Assembly (NCBI RefSeq): GCF_006345805.1 | Contig: NC_043007.1 | Location: 15,004,001-15,068,000 of the forward strand | DNA: 64,000 nucleotides | Source: Octopus sinensis | Taxonomy: Eukaryota | Reading direction: 5' to 3' | Shown here: positions 14,095-27,293 of the stretch, in pieces | Layout of the letters: each line of letters starts with the position of its first letter | Numbering within the stretch: the first letter of the stretch is position 1 | Program-made: the position numbers and the translations under genes | The notes under the pieces: generated by a model | Seen by the model: only the letters and a program-made list of their open reading frames with translations | What the model was told of the DNA's origin: nothing | The model's database searches: none

Positions 14095-14636
14095 AGAAAG
14101 ATAGACAGACAGATAGATAGGTAGATAGGCAGACAGACAGACAGATAGATAGATAGATAGATATATAGATAGATAGATAGATAGATAGAGATATATATAT
14201 ATAGAGAGAGAGATCCCCTGCCTATGTACATACATACATACACATACACACAGACCTGGCACTCCGTCGGTCACGAAGACGAGTGTTCCAGTTGATCCAA
14301 TCAACGGAATAGCCTGTTCGTGAAATTATCGTGCAAGTGGCCGAGCACTCCACAGACACGTGTACCCTTAACGTAGTTCTCAGGGAGAACCAGCGTGATA
14401 TAGAGTGTGACAAAGCTGCCCCTTTGAAATACAGGTACTACTCATTTTTGCCAGCAGGGTGGACTGGAGCAACGTGAAATAAAGTGCCTCGCTCAAGGAC
14501 ACAATGCGCCGCCGGCAATTGAACCCACAACCCTATGATCGCGAGCCGAATACGCTAACCAATAAGCCACGTGCATTCACAAAGACACACGCACACGCAC
14601 GCACGCGCAGACACACACATGCTTGTGTGTACTTAC

Positions 14637-14878
14637 CTGATATTAGCTCTGTATGCTACTACACCGGAGGATATAATTTGATGCGACGATAAATTTGATG
14701 ACATGGAAGAAACCATATTTACAATAGGTGAAAAGTCGCTGCTGGCTTCTGCATTGATTACAGCAGACCACCGATGTCTGCAGCAGCTGAAGTCTTCAAA
14801 ACTCTTAATGCACTCTTCGGTTGAACTGACTGGGATTTCGAAGTCACACCTTGGAGGATTCTGTTTCACTGGAGGTTT
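14637..14878 (-). CDS. VWA7: VWA7-like exon P (KPPVKQNPPRCDF...CCRHRWSA...YRANI), phase 0-2
   Basis: Acceptor tttcag, donor GTAAGT, 242 nt; PPxC...C...W Cys-rich pattern. Confidence 0.85.
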
Positions 14879-15231
14879 CTGAAACGAAACGGATACGCAG
14901 GACACAATAAGAAATATCGGATCTTTTCACTTTGACCGGCAGATTTAAAAAATAATTTCTTTGTAACCAAACACTTTTAAACTTCGTATACTGGTAGAAT
15001 GTGTTACATAAAAAATCTTTTTCTCTTGGATTTCTTGAGAAAATCCTGTAGTTTGTAAGTTATTTGTTGTTAAATTTCTTGCATTTCGGCAATTTCAACC
15101 AATCAATGACGTCTATTGAGGTGAATACAATTTCTGCTGTTGTTTGCCAACAGATTCAACAAGATACACGTATCTATGTAAAAGGTTGTATATCTGAGAA
15201 TGTATATATATATAAAAAAACAAGGACTTAC

Positions 15232-15331
15232 TATGATTTCTCTCTTTTCAAGGATTGTGGTTTCAACCGTGTCATACTGAGTAGATGTACGTGTATCGCC
15301 ACCTTCTATTTCAGATGTGATCGTTATAACT
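15232..15331 (-). CDS. VWA7: VWA7-like exon O (VITITSEIEGG...EKREII), phase 2-0
   Basis: Acceptor tttctag, donor GTAAGT, 100 nt; bridges phases 2 and 0. Confidence 0.8.
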
Positions 15332-15345
15332 CTAGAAATACATAA

Positions 15346-15385
<40 letters not shown>

Positions 15386-15728
15386 TAATAATAATAATAA
15401 TAATAATAACAGCAACAAGAATATTCTTTTCTAATCTAGGCACAAGGCTCGAAATTTTTGGGGAGTGGGGCAGTCTATTACATCGATCCCAGTGCGTAAC
15501 TGATACTTAATTTATCGACCCCGAAAGATGAAATTCCTTGGCGGAATTCGAACTCAGAACGTAGCGACAGACAAAATTCCACTGAACAGTTCATCCGGCG
15601 TTCTAACGATTCTGCCAGCTCACCGTTTTAACAACAGCAACAACAACAATAACAACTGCAGCAGCAATAACAACAATAAACATCTGGTGAGATATTAAAA
15701 AAGAAAAATCGAGATTTGAACAACTTAC

Positions 15729-15930
15729 ACATTTTTTCCAATAGCGTCCCTCATCCTCACATTGAAATGTCCAGTAATATTTTGTCCGGAGCCCAAAGTG
15801 TACCTCTGTTTACTGTTGGTTACTGTATACTCAAGGGCCTCGCTCATAAACACCAGTATTCGTTCTGTTCTGCTACCCTCGTTGCTAACCATAAATTTCA
15901 CTTGTAAGTTCATTCTTGGATGTGAAATAA
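15729..15930 (-). CDS. VWA7: VWA7-like exon N (ISHPRMNLQVKFMVSNEG...IGKN), phase 1-2
   Basis: Acceptor ttttttcag, donor GTAAGT, 202 nt; Ig-like F.V.N.G pattern. Confidence 0.85.
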
Positions 15931-16864
15931 CTGAAAAAAAGACATTTATAGGAATTACACGTAAGAATATTTTTAGGACGTGCTCGCAGTATGTGCACAA
16001 TTAAATTAGAAGGTGAACTTCCGACTGGGATTAGTTTAGTTTAGCTATTCAATAATTTGAATAACAAACGAAATACAGAGATGCTCTATCGTCAGCTCCT
16101 CAGGCAAAGGCGACAGAATGGAGAAAGAACTTATGTATGCATCTCTCTCATTGTGTGTATATATATAAATATACCGTACGATACAAACAAGACAAAGATA
16201 TTCTTTTTAGAATACAAAATTGCCGCTAGAGCAGGAGAAATACTTAGTAAATAACCCTTACAAGGCAGAAAAAAATTGTCTACAAACAACCATAGAACGC
16301 GAACCTGCATCCCCCAAGATTTCGTCTGAGTACTTTACCATTAAGCTAAACTCCCCGCTGACAAATTTGACGCCGATTTAGATGCTAAATAGCTACACGA
16401 ACAGCACGTGTGTATAAACATAAACATAGTTGTTTTTATTACAAGCGTCGAAATGTGTATTGTACGATATAAACAAGAAGACATTTTTCGTATGCATGTT
16501 TGTTTGATTATATTTATACACGCGTGTTCAATAAGCTATTTAGCATCTAAACTGGTGGATGAAATTGTCTGCGGACAGTTTAGTTTAACGGTAAAACACT
16601 CAGCCGGAGTCTTGGAAGATGTGGGTCTGAGTCCCACAGCAGTTAGTTGACAAATTTTTCCGCCTTGCAAGGGTAAATTACCCAGTATTTCTGCTGTTCT
16701 AACGGTAATTCTGCATTCGGAAGAAAAAAAATCTTCTTCTTTGTATCGTACAATACACATTTCGACGCTTCTAATAACAACAAATGTTAATTTGTTTATA
16801 TCTATACACACTGACACACACACAGACACACACACACATATACACATGTATACATGCATATACA

Positions 16865-16981
<117 letters not shown>

Positions 16982-17442
16982 ACAAATGAGAGAAAGAGAA
17001 AACGTGATTAATAAAGAATCTCGTGAATTCTGTTTTCTCGTATATATTATATCCTCGACGGACCCGAAGGAATACCTGAAGTAAATCCTGTGGACCTTAT
17101 ATGCATACTGTTGATGACATCAGGTAACCGAAGACAGTAAACATGCATGTATGCATATTAGTATTTAATAACAGTTTGATTCGGCTCCATGCAATTCAAA
17201 TTTTCGTAGGCTCATCAGCTCCTCAGGCAAAGGCGACAGAATGGAGAAAATATATTAAATACTAATATATGCACTTCTATCAAATGTGTTGAGTGCCACT
17301 TTCGTTTGTCCAGGCACTTGTATATGTGTCTACTGTCTATTGGTGTCAGGTAATGCTGAATAAGTGCTATAGACAAACCATAGTTAAGTTCCAGATTCGG
17401 TAATATTGCGAATAAAGTGTTCAACGTTGGTTCTATGTCAGC

Positions 17443-17736
17443 GTGTGTATATATGAATTTTTTGCGTAATGAGATAAAAAAACCAAGGCTGTATAGATAT
17501 TAGAGCATTTATAGATAGAAGGTCTTACAGCTATTTCCAGGATATTAATTAATAATATCCCTTCATCGAAACTAACTATGACTTAAGTTTTCCTCTCACA
17601 CCGTCTTCAATGAAGGGATATTATTAATTAATATATTATTATTAATTAATATCCTTCTATCTATAAATGCTCTAATATCTATACAGCCTTGGTTTTTCAT
17701 CTCATTACGCAAAAAATTCATATATATATACACACA
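17443..17736. repeat. Foldback inverted repeat, arms of about 80 bp
   Basis: 17443-17522 is the reverse complement of 17653-17736 with few differences. Confidence 0.9.
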
Positions 17737-18425
17737 CAAGAGTTAATGATTGGAGCAGATAAGATCCAGGCTACACATGTTTCATACAGAGCCGGACCTC
17801 AGCGGTTCCGATCGCTATGAAACATTTGTAGTCCGGAACTTCCTACACCTTGATCCCTGGATCTTATATGTGTGTGTGTGCATGCACGCGCGCGTGTGTC
17901 TATGTCTGTGTGTGTGCATGCACGCGTGTGTGTGTCTATGTCTGTGTGTGTATTACGTGTGTAAGTGTATGTCTATGTGTGTTACTTGAGAAACGCAATA
18001 GACAGTAGACACACCGAATAGCAACAGAGTAAAGACTAAACTTAGAATAACATATATGCTGATACATAAATACATACATTCATACATACATACATAAATA
18101 CAGACAGATATACATACACATGCATTTCATGTATATAAATGTATAGAAATACGTATGTGTGTGTGTGTGTGCGCGTCCTTGTATTTACGCGTGTGTTTAT
18201 ATGACTACCAAATCAAAGCCCATAGTAATTTCCACGATTTTTGCTATAAATGAAGCAAACACTTACGTTTATATATTTGTTTTGCAAGATTCTTGATGTG
18301 AAATCGTGTGTTGAAACATATGTTGTTGTATTTAGGAATGGTCATTTTGCCAGTTTAGCCAATAAAAACACACGCACTATAATAATATATATGCAAAAAC
18401 TATTGCACGCTGTTGTTTTACTCAC

Positions 18426-18537
18426 CTGGAATTGGAGTCACTTCCAACTTCATGCTTGACGGAATATACGGTATGAATTTCGTACGTGTAAACGTATTTC
18501 CATTCTTATCTCTTCCTTTGATTCCAATATAGAAAGT
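18426..18537 (-). CDS. VWA7: VWA7-like exon M (TFYIGIKGRDKNGNTFTRTKFIPYIPSSMKLEVTPIP), phase 0-1
   Basis: Acceptor tatttag, donor GTGAGT, 112 nt; F.I.I.G.D..G..F.R motif. Confidence 0.87.
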
Positions 18538-19922
18538 CTAAATAGAAGAGAAGAAACAACAGATAAAGAACATCAATAAAAGATCATATCCGTTTTGATA
18601 AGTTAAATAATGGCCCCACCCGTTGATATAAACCTACTAAAAGGGTAAACAAGACACCTTGGTTCGTAAAGATCGCGTTGTATTCCTCGTTGTTGGTTAG
18701 TTCGAGATCAATCTAGCTTGAGTAGATTCATGATCTAGAAGAATCTAGCCATGAGCATCCCGTCTTTTTAAGCACAAGGCCGACTGTGTTGGGGGCAGTG
18801 AGCTAGCCGATACTTATTTCTTTACTACCCACAAGGGGCAAAACACAGAGAGGACAAACAAGGACAGACAAACGAATTAAGTCGATTATATCGACCCCAG
18901 TGTGTAACTGGTACGTTATTTATCGAACCCGAAATGATGAACGGCAAAGTTGACCCCGGCGGAATTTGAACTCAGAACGTAACGGCAGACGAAATACCTA
19001 TTTCTTTACTACCCACAAGGGGCTAAACACAGACGGGACAAACAAGGACAGACAAACGGATTAAGTCGATTATATCGACCCCAGTGCGTAACTAGTACTT
19101 AGTTAATCGACCCCGAAAGGAGGAAAGGCAAAGTCGATCTCGGCGGAATTTGAACTCAGAACGTAACGGCAGACGAAATACCGCTGAGCATTTCGCCCGG
19201 CGTGCTAACGTTTCTGCCAGCTCGCCGCCTTCTCACCCGTTTATATAAACCTACTAAAAGGATAAACACGATACCTTGTTACGGATTGTTGGTACTGGTG
19301 TTGGTGTTATTAGTTATGGGTCTGTGTATGTATGTACGTAGGTATATATGTATGTATGTGTCTGTGTGCGTGCAAGAGTAGATGAGCGTGGGTGTGTAAG
19401 TATATGTTTGTAAGTATGTATATACTCTTTACTCTTTTACTTGTTTCAGTCATTTGACTGCGGCCATGCTGGAGCACCGCCTTTAGTCGAGCAAATCGAC
19501 CCCCAGGACTTATTCTTTGGAAGCCTAGTACTTATTCTACCGGTTCCTTTTGCCGAGCACTAAGTTACGGGGACGTAAACACACCAGCATCGGTTGTCAA
19601 GCGATATTGGGGGGGACAAACAGACACACAAACAAATACACGCACACACACATATATACATATGCATATATACGACGGGCTTCTTTCAGTTTCTGTCTAC
19701 AAAATCCACTCACAAGGCTTTGGTCAGCCCGAGGCTATAGTAGGAGCCACTTGCCCAAGGTGCCGCGCAGTGGGACTGAACCCGGAACCATGTGGTTGGT
19801 AAGCAAGCTACTTACCACACAGCCACTCCTGCGCCTATATACGGACGGTAACCACTTAGAAGTTTCGGATTGTTGGATGTACACACAGCCATAATATACA
19901 TACACATACACACACAGACACG

Positions 19923-19958
<36 letters not shown>

Positions 19959-20231
19959 ACACACACACACACACACAAACACACACAAACACACACACAT
20001 ACACACATATATGCACGTGTATATGTTCAGTATTGTCACATGGTTAAGAAGTTCGTTATGCAACCTTGATCACCCGAGTTCGGTCCCGTTGCATGGCATC
20101 TGGGGAAAGTGAACCTAATCTCGAACGAGACGGTTTTCTGTTCGAAGCCCGCGAAACTTTAAGTCTCAGGAAGCCGAACCACACAGTTCTAAATTATAAT
20201 ACATGTAATTCCTAATAATAATACATATAGC

Positions 20232-20670
20232 GGATCTTTTCGGTTTGAACGGCAGTTTTTTTCTAGCGGTGTCATATGAAATTGTCACCCATTATCATGA
20301 CCTCAGAATCGCTCTATTGCATTTCAATGTCTTTTAAGGTTAGGGTTAGTTAGGGTTAGTTTGGGTTAGGGGTAGGGGGAAGGGTATCTTTTTTTCTTCA
20401 CAAATGTAAATAAACCCAATCTGTTTCTTAAACGAGGGACATATACATACGGTACAGAATGCTTTTTAACTCAATAGACGTCATTGATTGGTTGAAATTG
20501 CAGAAATTGAAGAAAAAACAACAACAAATATCTTACAAACTATAGAATTTTCTCAATAAAGCCAAGAGAAAAAGATGTTTTATAAACACACTCTAGCAGT
20601 ATACGAAGTTTAACATTTTTTAGTTACCTATAAATTATGTTAAAAACTGCCGTTCAAACCGAAAAGATGC
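20232..20670. mobile_element. Non-autonomous TIR DNA element with internal TTAGGG-like tract
   Basis: TIRs of about 26 bp (GGATCTTTTCGGTTTGAACGGCAGTT); related single-ended copy near 14916-15170. Confidence 0.75.
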
Positions 20671-20728
20671 CAATGAACTTCCCATATGACTGTATGTATG
20701 TATAACATATTCACATAATTCAACTCAC

Positions 20729-20898
20729 CGTTTTCGGAATAGCGAACTTTCCTTTGAAGCTTTGGTTTCTGCGATGTTTGCCTTGTTTCAGGTTGGATTT
20801 CAAAAGAATGTTACCGTATTTATCGAATAAGATTATCTCGTCCAGTTTATCGATCAGTTTAACTTTGGGAATTCTCACTTGTGCCGTGATCTTCGTCC
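20729..20898 (-). CDS. VWA7: VWA7-like exon L (TKITAQVRIPKV...LFDKYGNILL...FAIPKT), phase 1-0
   Basis: Acceptor cttctag, donor GTGAGT, 170 nt, open frame. Confidence 0.85.
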
Positions 20899-21327
20899 CT
20901 AGAAGTGTAAAAGAAAGAAGCAGAAAATAAACGCTTTAATAGCGAAATGGTATCAAAGAATCAACAACTTTGTTCTGGGACTAACAATACTTCTGGGAGC
21001 GTTGGTAACTTTCGGCTTTTGTTCAGGTGTTGTTAATGGTGATAGTAGCGGTGGTGATGGAGGAACGATAAATATTTATCTACAAATACCATGTCTTGCT
21101 TTTGTTTGGCCTTCACTTACGGTTCCGTACTTTCTGGTTTCAAATCTCACCGAGGCCGAGTTTGCCTTATATCCTTTCAAGGGTTGATAAAATAAAGTGC
21201 ATGCCAAGTTCTGGGGTCAATGCTGACAATTTCTTCCCTAACCTTAAAAACGCTGACCTTGCTTTTCAACCATATAGTTCCGGGTTCTATCCCACTGCGT
21301 GGCACCGTGGACATATGTATGTATACG

Positions 21328-21361
<34 letters not shown>

Positions 21362-21611
21362 TGTATGTATGTATGTATGTATGTATGTATGTATGTATGT
21401 ATGTATCTCTCTCTCTATCTATATGTATACACTATGTATATACTATCGTAGCTAGAGTGTATGCCGCCTGGGGCGTCCCTTAGCTTGCCGTCCTCGGGAT
21501 CCCAACAACATAATATTGCCTAGTGCAGACCATAAAAGAGCAGCCCTCCACCCTCTCCAGCTACGCTAGTATATTATATATGTGTGTGTCGTGTTTACGT
21601 TTATCCCCACC

Positions 21612-21658
<47 letters not shown>

Positions 21659-21704
21659 CTATATATATATATATATATATCTTTTATCCTCCACCGTATG
21701 TACA

Positions 21705-22881
21705 CACAGACATGACAGAAGTAAATAGACATGATATAAAACATCGTTTTATGTTTGTTCTAACTTGTAAAGGTTTATATATATATTTTATCAATCGACA
21801 TTTCTATGTTTCAGTTCTATATGCGACTGTTTAATCACGCCATGTACAAAAGAAGCTTTGCAGCTGTCTGAATTTCAAAGAGGCCGTATTCTGGGTCATT
21901 TTGAAGGTGGAATCCCGTTTTCTACAGTTGAAAGAGGGATTGTGCAATTCACCAGAGAGGGGAAGGAGTCCACATCACCTCGCCCAGGTTGACTAGGGTC
22001 CTTTGGCAGTACCTTTCTCTTTGTTAAGAGATGTGTGGCGGATAATTCATAGCAGATCAAGTTGGTATCAATCCCAGAACAGCTATCAGGTATCTCCTCA
22101 AACTTGGTTGCTATGGCAGAGCAGCAAGAAGGAAGCTTCTTCGACCAGCCAATATCAAGTGGAGAGAAGATTGAGCCAATAAGGTGGTGGAACGGCCACT
22201 AGCATTTTGGGATACTGTCGTATTCTCTGATGAGTCCAGATTTGTTGTATTTTCTGACAGTAGTCGAGTGTGAGTCTGGAGACTCTGTGATCAAGAATTT
22301 TATGTGAAGAGATTGCAGCCAACAATGAAACATGGCAGTTATTCTGTAATGGTCTGGGGAGCAATTTGGAGCAATGCTCAACCAGAGCTGGTGGAGAGTG
22401 AGGGAAATATAAACTCAGAGAAATAGATGTCCATATTGTAGAAAGGACTCCTTCCAATCTGCTCAAGTGGTGAAATGATTGAAGAAGACTCTTTATTTAT
22501 GGAAGATGGGGCTCCTTGTCACACGGCTAAAATGATGCAAGATTTGTTGGAAGAGAATGCCATTAAAAAGCTTCCATGGCCAAGCAAGTCACCAGAAATG
22601 AACCCTATTGAACACCTCTGGGGCATAATGGACAGGGCACTTCATAAAAAGAGTAACAAAGTATCTTTAAAGCCAGATCTTTTGAGATTATTGCATCAAA
22701 CTTGGCAAGAGAATATTCGCCATCTGATCAATTAGCATGCCTTATATGGTCCTTGCAATGAAAAATGCAAAGGGCATGCCTACTAAATATTAAATATTCA
22801 CATTATAACAATTAATGAATAATTTGAATGTATAATTTCAGATTTAAATAAATTTAAATGATTATAAGGGTGTCTACTTAC
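21705..22881 (+). mobile_element. Decayed Tc1-like (DD34E) transposon
   Basis: VVFSDESRF, SVMVWG, FMEDGAPCH and WPSKSPEMNPIEHLW in shifted frames; partial TIR similarity, right end cut by a SINE. Confidence 0.85.
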
Positions 22882-23361
22882 TCCATATCTCTTTTATTCT
22901 TTTACTTGTTTCAGTCTTTTGACTGCGGCCATGCTGGAGCACCACCTTTAATCGAGCAACTCGACCCCGGGACTTATTCTTCGTAAGCCCAGTACTTATT
23001 CTATCGGTCTCTTTTACCGAACCGTTAAGTGACGGGGACATAAACACACTAGCATCGGTTATCAAGCAATGCTAGGGGGACAAACACAGACACACAAACA
23101 TACACGCACACACACACACACACACACATATATATCTGGCCGAAATCAGATCGCCATGTTGGTTCGTTAGTTACTGCACGCATTTTTTTTCTCTCCTTCT
23201 TTCTGTGTTTTTTTCTCTCTGTGTATCTTTCTGTTGAAGAGCGTAGGCTCGAAACGTTAAAGACTTGTTTTATTTATATTTCCTGAGCGCCATACTAATA
23301 CAATTGTTTATTTGTTTCCCACCTGCCTTCGTCTTTTGTCTATTTTCATAAAGCTTCCCGT

Positions 23362-23423
<62 letters not shown>

Positions 23424-23786
23424 TATATATATTATATATATATATATATACATATACACGACGGGCTTCTTTCAGTTTCCGTTACCAAATCCACCCACAA
23501 GGCCTTGGCCGGCCCGAGGCTATCGTAGAAGACACTTGCCAAAGGTGCCACGCAGTGGGACTGAACCCGGAAACATGTGGTTGATAAGCAAGCTACTTAC
23601 CACAAGCCACTCCTGCGCCTATGTACGTACGTACGTATGTATGTACACACAACCATAATATACATACACAGACACACACAGACACGCATACACAAACACA
23701 CACACATGCACACACACAAACACGCAAGCTACTTACCACACAGCCACTCCATATATATATATATAATATATATATAAACTATTTAC

Positions 23787-23949
23787 CTGCAATTGGCCGA
23801 CCAGAAATCTCAAATTTCACGCCATCTTCGTTGTCATAGAGGTTCACTGAGAAGTCGACTTCACTCTGGGCAATGACTTTCACAAGCCACCGTTTCGGCT
23901 TCTGCTCGTTAGTTGTCCGTTCCAACGTCCATTTTCCGATTTGGGGTTT
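23787..23949 (-). CDS. VWA7: VWA7-like exon K ([10 protein letters not shown]...VIAQSEVDF...ISGRPIA), phase 0-1
   Basis: Acceptor atttcag, donor GTAAAT, 163 nt; PxxGxW and PIAG motifs. Confidence 0.88.
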
Positions 23950-24072
23950 CTGAAATTACAATCATATATAGCTGCTATTTTTCTTTTTTTAAAAAGTTGT
24001 TGTTGTTGTTGTTGTTGTTGTATACCTTTTATATCCATGTCTACCGACTGGCCTGTTCTCGTATTGTGTGTG

Positions 24073-24133
<61 letters not shown>

Positions 24134-24190
24134 GTCTATCTATCTGTCTGTCTATCTATCTGTCTGTCTGTTCGTCCGTCTGTCTGTCTC

Positions 24191-24229
<39 letters not shown>

Positions 24230-24233
24230 GTCA

Positions 24234-24286
<53 letters not shown>

Positions 24287-24287
<1 letters not shown>

Positions 24288-25850
24288 ATCGCCCGGCAAT
24301 GGGCCGAGAGGAAACTGTCCCTAAAAGGTCGGGCGGAGGTGGCGAACACGTACATCGCGTCCGTCATCTACTACCGCCTGACCGTCGTACCTTGTCCCGA
24401 CCCTACCATCACCAAACTACAACGCATTCTCTTTCGCTTCTTGTGGAAAGGATGCGTCCCGATGGTCAGGCGATCCATTTGCTGTCAACACCCGTTAAAA
24501 GGAGGGCTGGGCATGCCGTGGTTGATGATGCGCAGACACGCGCTGAGACTGCGACATCTCTGGTCTATGTAGACGACGGTGAACAGGTGTGGTCGCCGTT
24601 TGTGAGGCACGCTTTCCCGCAGCTCGTCTCCATGACCGAACTGCAGTCGTGGATCAAAAAGAGGCCGAGGAAGGGCGATTGGCACCGCGAGTGTCGCGTT
24701 GCTCTCAAGCAACTCTGCCGTCCTGGGTCGACCTTGAGTGACTTCAACACAACCAAAGCATTCTATAGGGGATTAGTGGAGGGGAGGTACGACGACGAGC
24801 TCGGGGCGAACCTGGACGTCGACGAGGAGTACCTGACCCGCCTGTTCAGGACGACTTTCGGGCCAGGGCCCATGGACAACTTCCAGAGATCCCTGGCCTG
24901 GCAGTGCTACCGAGAAGCGCTACCCGTTCGGGATAAGCTCTACAGACACGGCTCGAGAAACACGGGGCCGACCTGCCCGGGATGCGGTCAGAGCGACGAA
25001 ACCGTTCTGCACGCACTCGTGCAGTGTCCAACCATTTCCGACCTGTGGGCTTATGTCGAACAACTGCTGTCACGTGTGGGACGAGTCGGTTTATCAGCTG
25101 AGTCTATCGTCAATATTGTCACGCCTCCTTCCTTCAAACGGGAAGGAACAGCTATTTTCATCATCCTTGTGGCTATGGCGAAAGAATGTATCTGGTGGAC
25201 ACGTCTGAAAGGATTGGAGACAAACACTTTCCTCTCTGGTCAATCTCTCATCAACTTCTTCAAGTACCCTTGAAAGGAAAGTGAGAGTAGAGAGGAAGTG
25301 TTGTCTAGCGAATGTTTTAAAAAAAGATGGGTGAATGTAGCAAGGATGGCACGCATGAATGACGAAGCCACCTTGAGCATAATCCTATGAACCCAGAAAT
25401 TGAAAACAGAGGGTTACCCACTTGCAAACAAATGTGGTAACATATAACAATATTGACCAAGGTTACCGTGGTCTTTTTCGTAGGCTTTTCTTCCCACGGA
25501 TAAACCTTACTTGCTTTCCCCTTTACACCATATATCATAACACTGTGATACACGATCCCTATTGATCGTTCTTTTTTTCCTCTTCCCCTTTTTTTCCCCC
25601 TTTTTTCTTCTTTTTTCATTTCTCTTTCCTTTTGTTCCTTTACCTTTCCTTTTTTCTTTTTATTCCTTTTATTTTATTCAATTTTTTGTTTGTTTTTGTT
25701 CTTTTCTTCCCTTTACGATCCCTCTTGATCGAAAACCTACGCCACCCCTTTTTTTTCTTTTGCTTTTTGTTCTCTTCATCCCCCAAAAGAAAAGCTCTAC
25801 CTTGTAACTTGTCCCATCTGTGTGCAGCCCTGTGTGGCCAATAAAGAAAC
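24287..25850 (+). mobile_element. 5'-truncated Tx1/L1-clade LINE (ORF2 C-terminus with zf-RVT, plus 3' UTR)
   Basis: [11 protein letters not shown]...FLWKG...GGLGMP and ALPVRDKL...[18 protein letters not shown]; GC-rich; one frameshift near 24565; AATAAA at the 3' end. Confidence 0.88.
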
Positions 25851-25868
25851 TTATCTATCTATCTATCC

Positions 25869-25958
<90 letters not shown>

Positions 25959-25995
25959 GTCTGTCTGTCTGTCTGTTCGTCCGTCTGTCTGTCTC

Positions 25996-26036
<41 letters not shown>

Positions 26037-26050
26037 TAATCAGTCAATCA

Positions 26051-26140
<90 letters not shown>

Positions 26141-26174
26141 TTGTCTGTCTGTTCGTCCATCCGTCTGTCCGTCC

Positions 26175-26212
<38 letters not shown>

Positions 26213-26213
26213 A

Positions 26214-26288
<75 letters not shown>

Positions 26289-27219
26289 TTACCTACCTAC
26301 CTACCTACCTACCTACCTACCTATCTACCTACCTCTCTCCCTCTCTCTCTCTCTATATATATAACAAACCCACGCAAATACCTTTTTAAGCACTCTGTGG
26401 AAATGGAATCCGGCTAACTAAATTGTCTGTATATGCTGTTATTTTCCTTTTTTTGACAGGTAGAATTTGTAAACCAGAGATAAAATACCAATTATATTCA
26501 GTGTATTAATCATAGTGTACATTAGAACAAAATCTTTAAGAACAAAGATGCATTATCAATCACACACACGCGCATGCGCATGTAAATTAAAATGAGAAGG
26601 GAATAAAATATTATGCCATGAACTTCATTAGCTTACAGTTGTTTCTCCAATAAGATACATTGCACTTGTAGTTGAATGCTTGTGTATCAGCGCATCGCTT
26701 CATCGGAGTTTCCACTTCGTTTTTGAAGCTCCGATCTGTTAACTTACAGTGACATAAACACATCAATACCTGTTGTTAAAGGGTTAGAATCAAACGCAAA
26801 AGGCAAACAGACCTCCGCCCACATATATGGCCACATTATCCAATGTGTCCCTTTTCAGCTAGAACTTCTTTGATGGAAAGTTTCCTACTGACTCAATTAT
26901 AAGAATAACTATCTTATTATTATGTGATTATAACACAGAGAAGAAAGCAATATACTTGCTTACATTACCAAATATTTTCATTCATAACAAACTGACAAAC
27001 AATTAATTTAAAAAAGGTAAACATCCAAGGCTTAATTTTCAGTGTCAGAGCGATCTTCAGGGACTCATGTTAAACTTATACGTCCCTATATGATTCCCTC
27101 GCATCAAGGGATCCATGGGCTTCCTGGTCCCTCTAAACCTCAGCGCTATAGCACTCATAGCACATACTTTAATACAGCTCTGTTCGTTACAACAGAGATG
27201 AAGGGAGAGTAAGACTTAC

Positions 27220-27293
27220 GTCAATTTTTATAAGATACTTCGTATCCGTTAACTGGACTTGGTAGTTATTTGATCCTTCCAGCACATCTTTAC
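27220..27293 (-). CDS. VWA7: VWA7-like exon J (KDVLEGSNNYQVQLTDTKYLIKID), phase 1-0
   Basis: Acceptor tttgtag, donor GTAAGT, 74 nt; phases match both neighbours. Confidence 0.8.

Noticed and set aside
17185-17250. Minus-strand CTGATGAGCCTACGAAA
   Set aside because: Core boxes are present but no stem I or valid NUH could be built
20338-20380. TTAGGG-like tract suggesting an interstitial telomere
   Set aside because: Short, imperfect and internal to a TIR element
22226-22245. CTGATGAGTCC resembling a hammerhead core
   Set aside because: It encodes the FSDES motif of the Tc1 transposase and no GAAA or stem II partner follows
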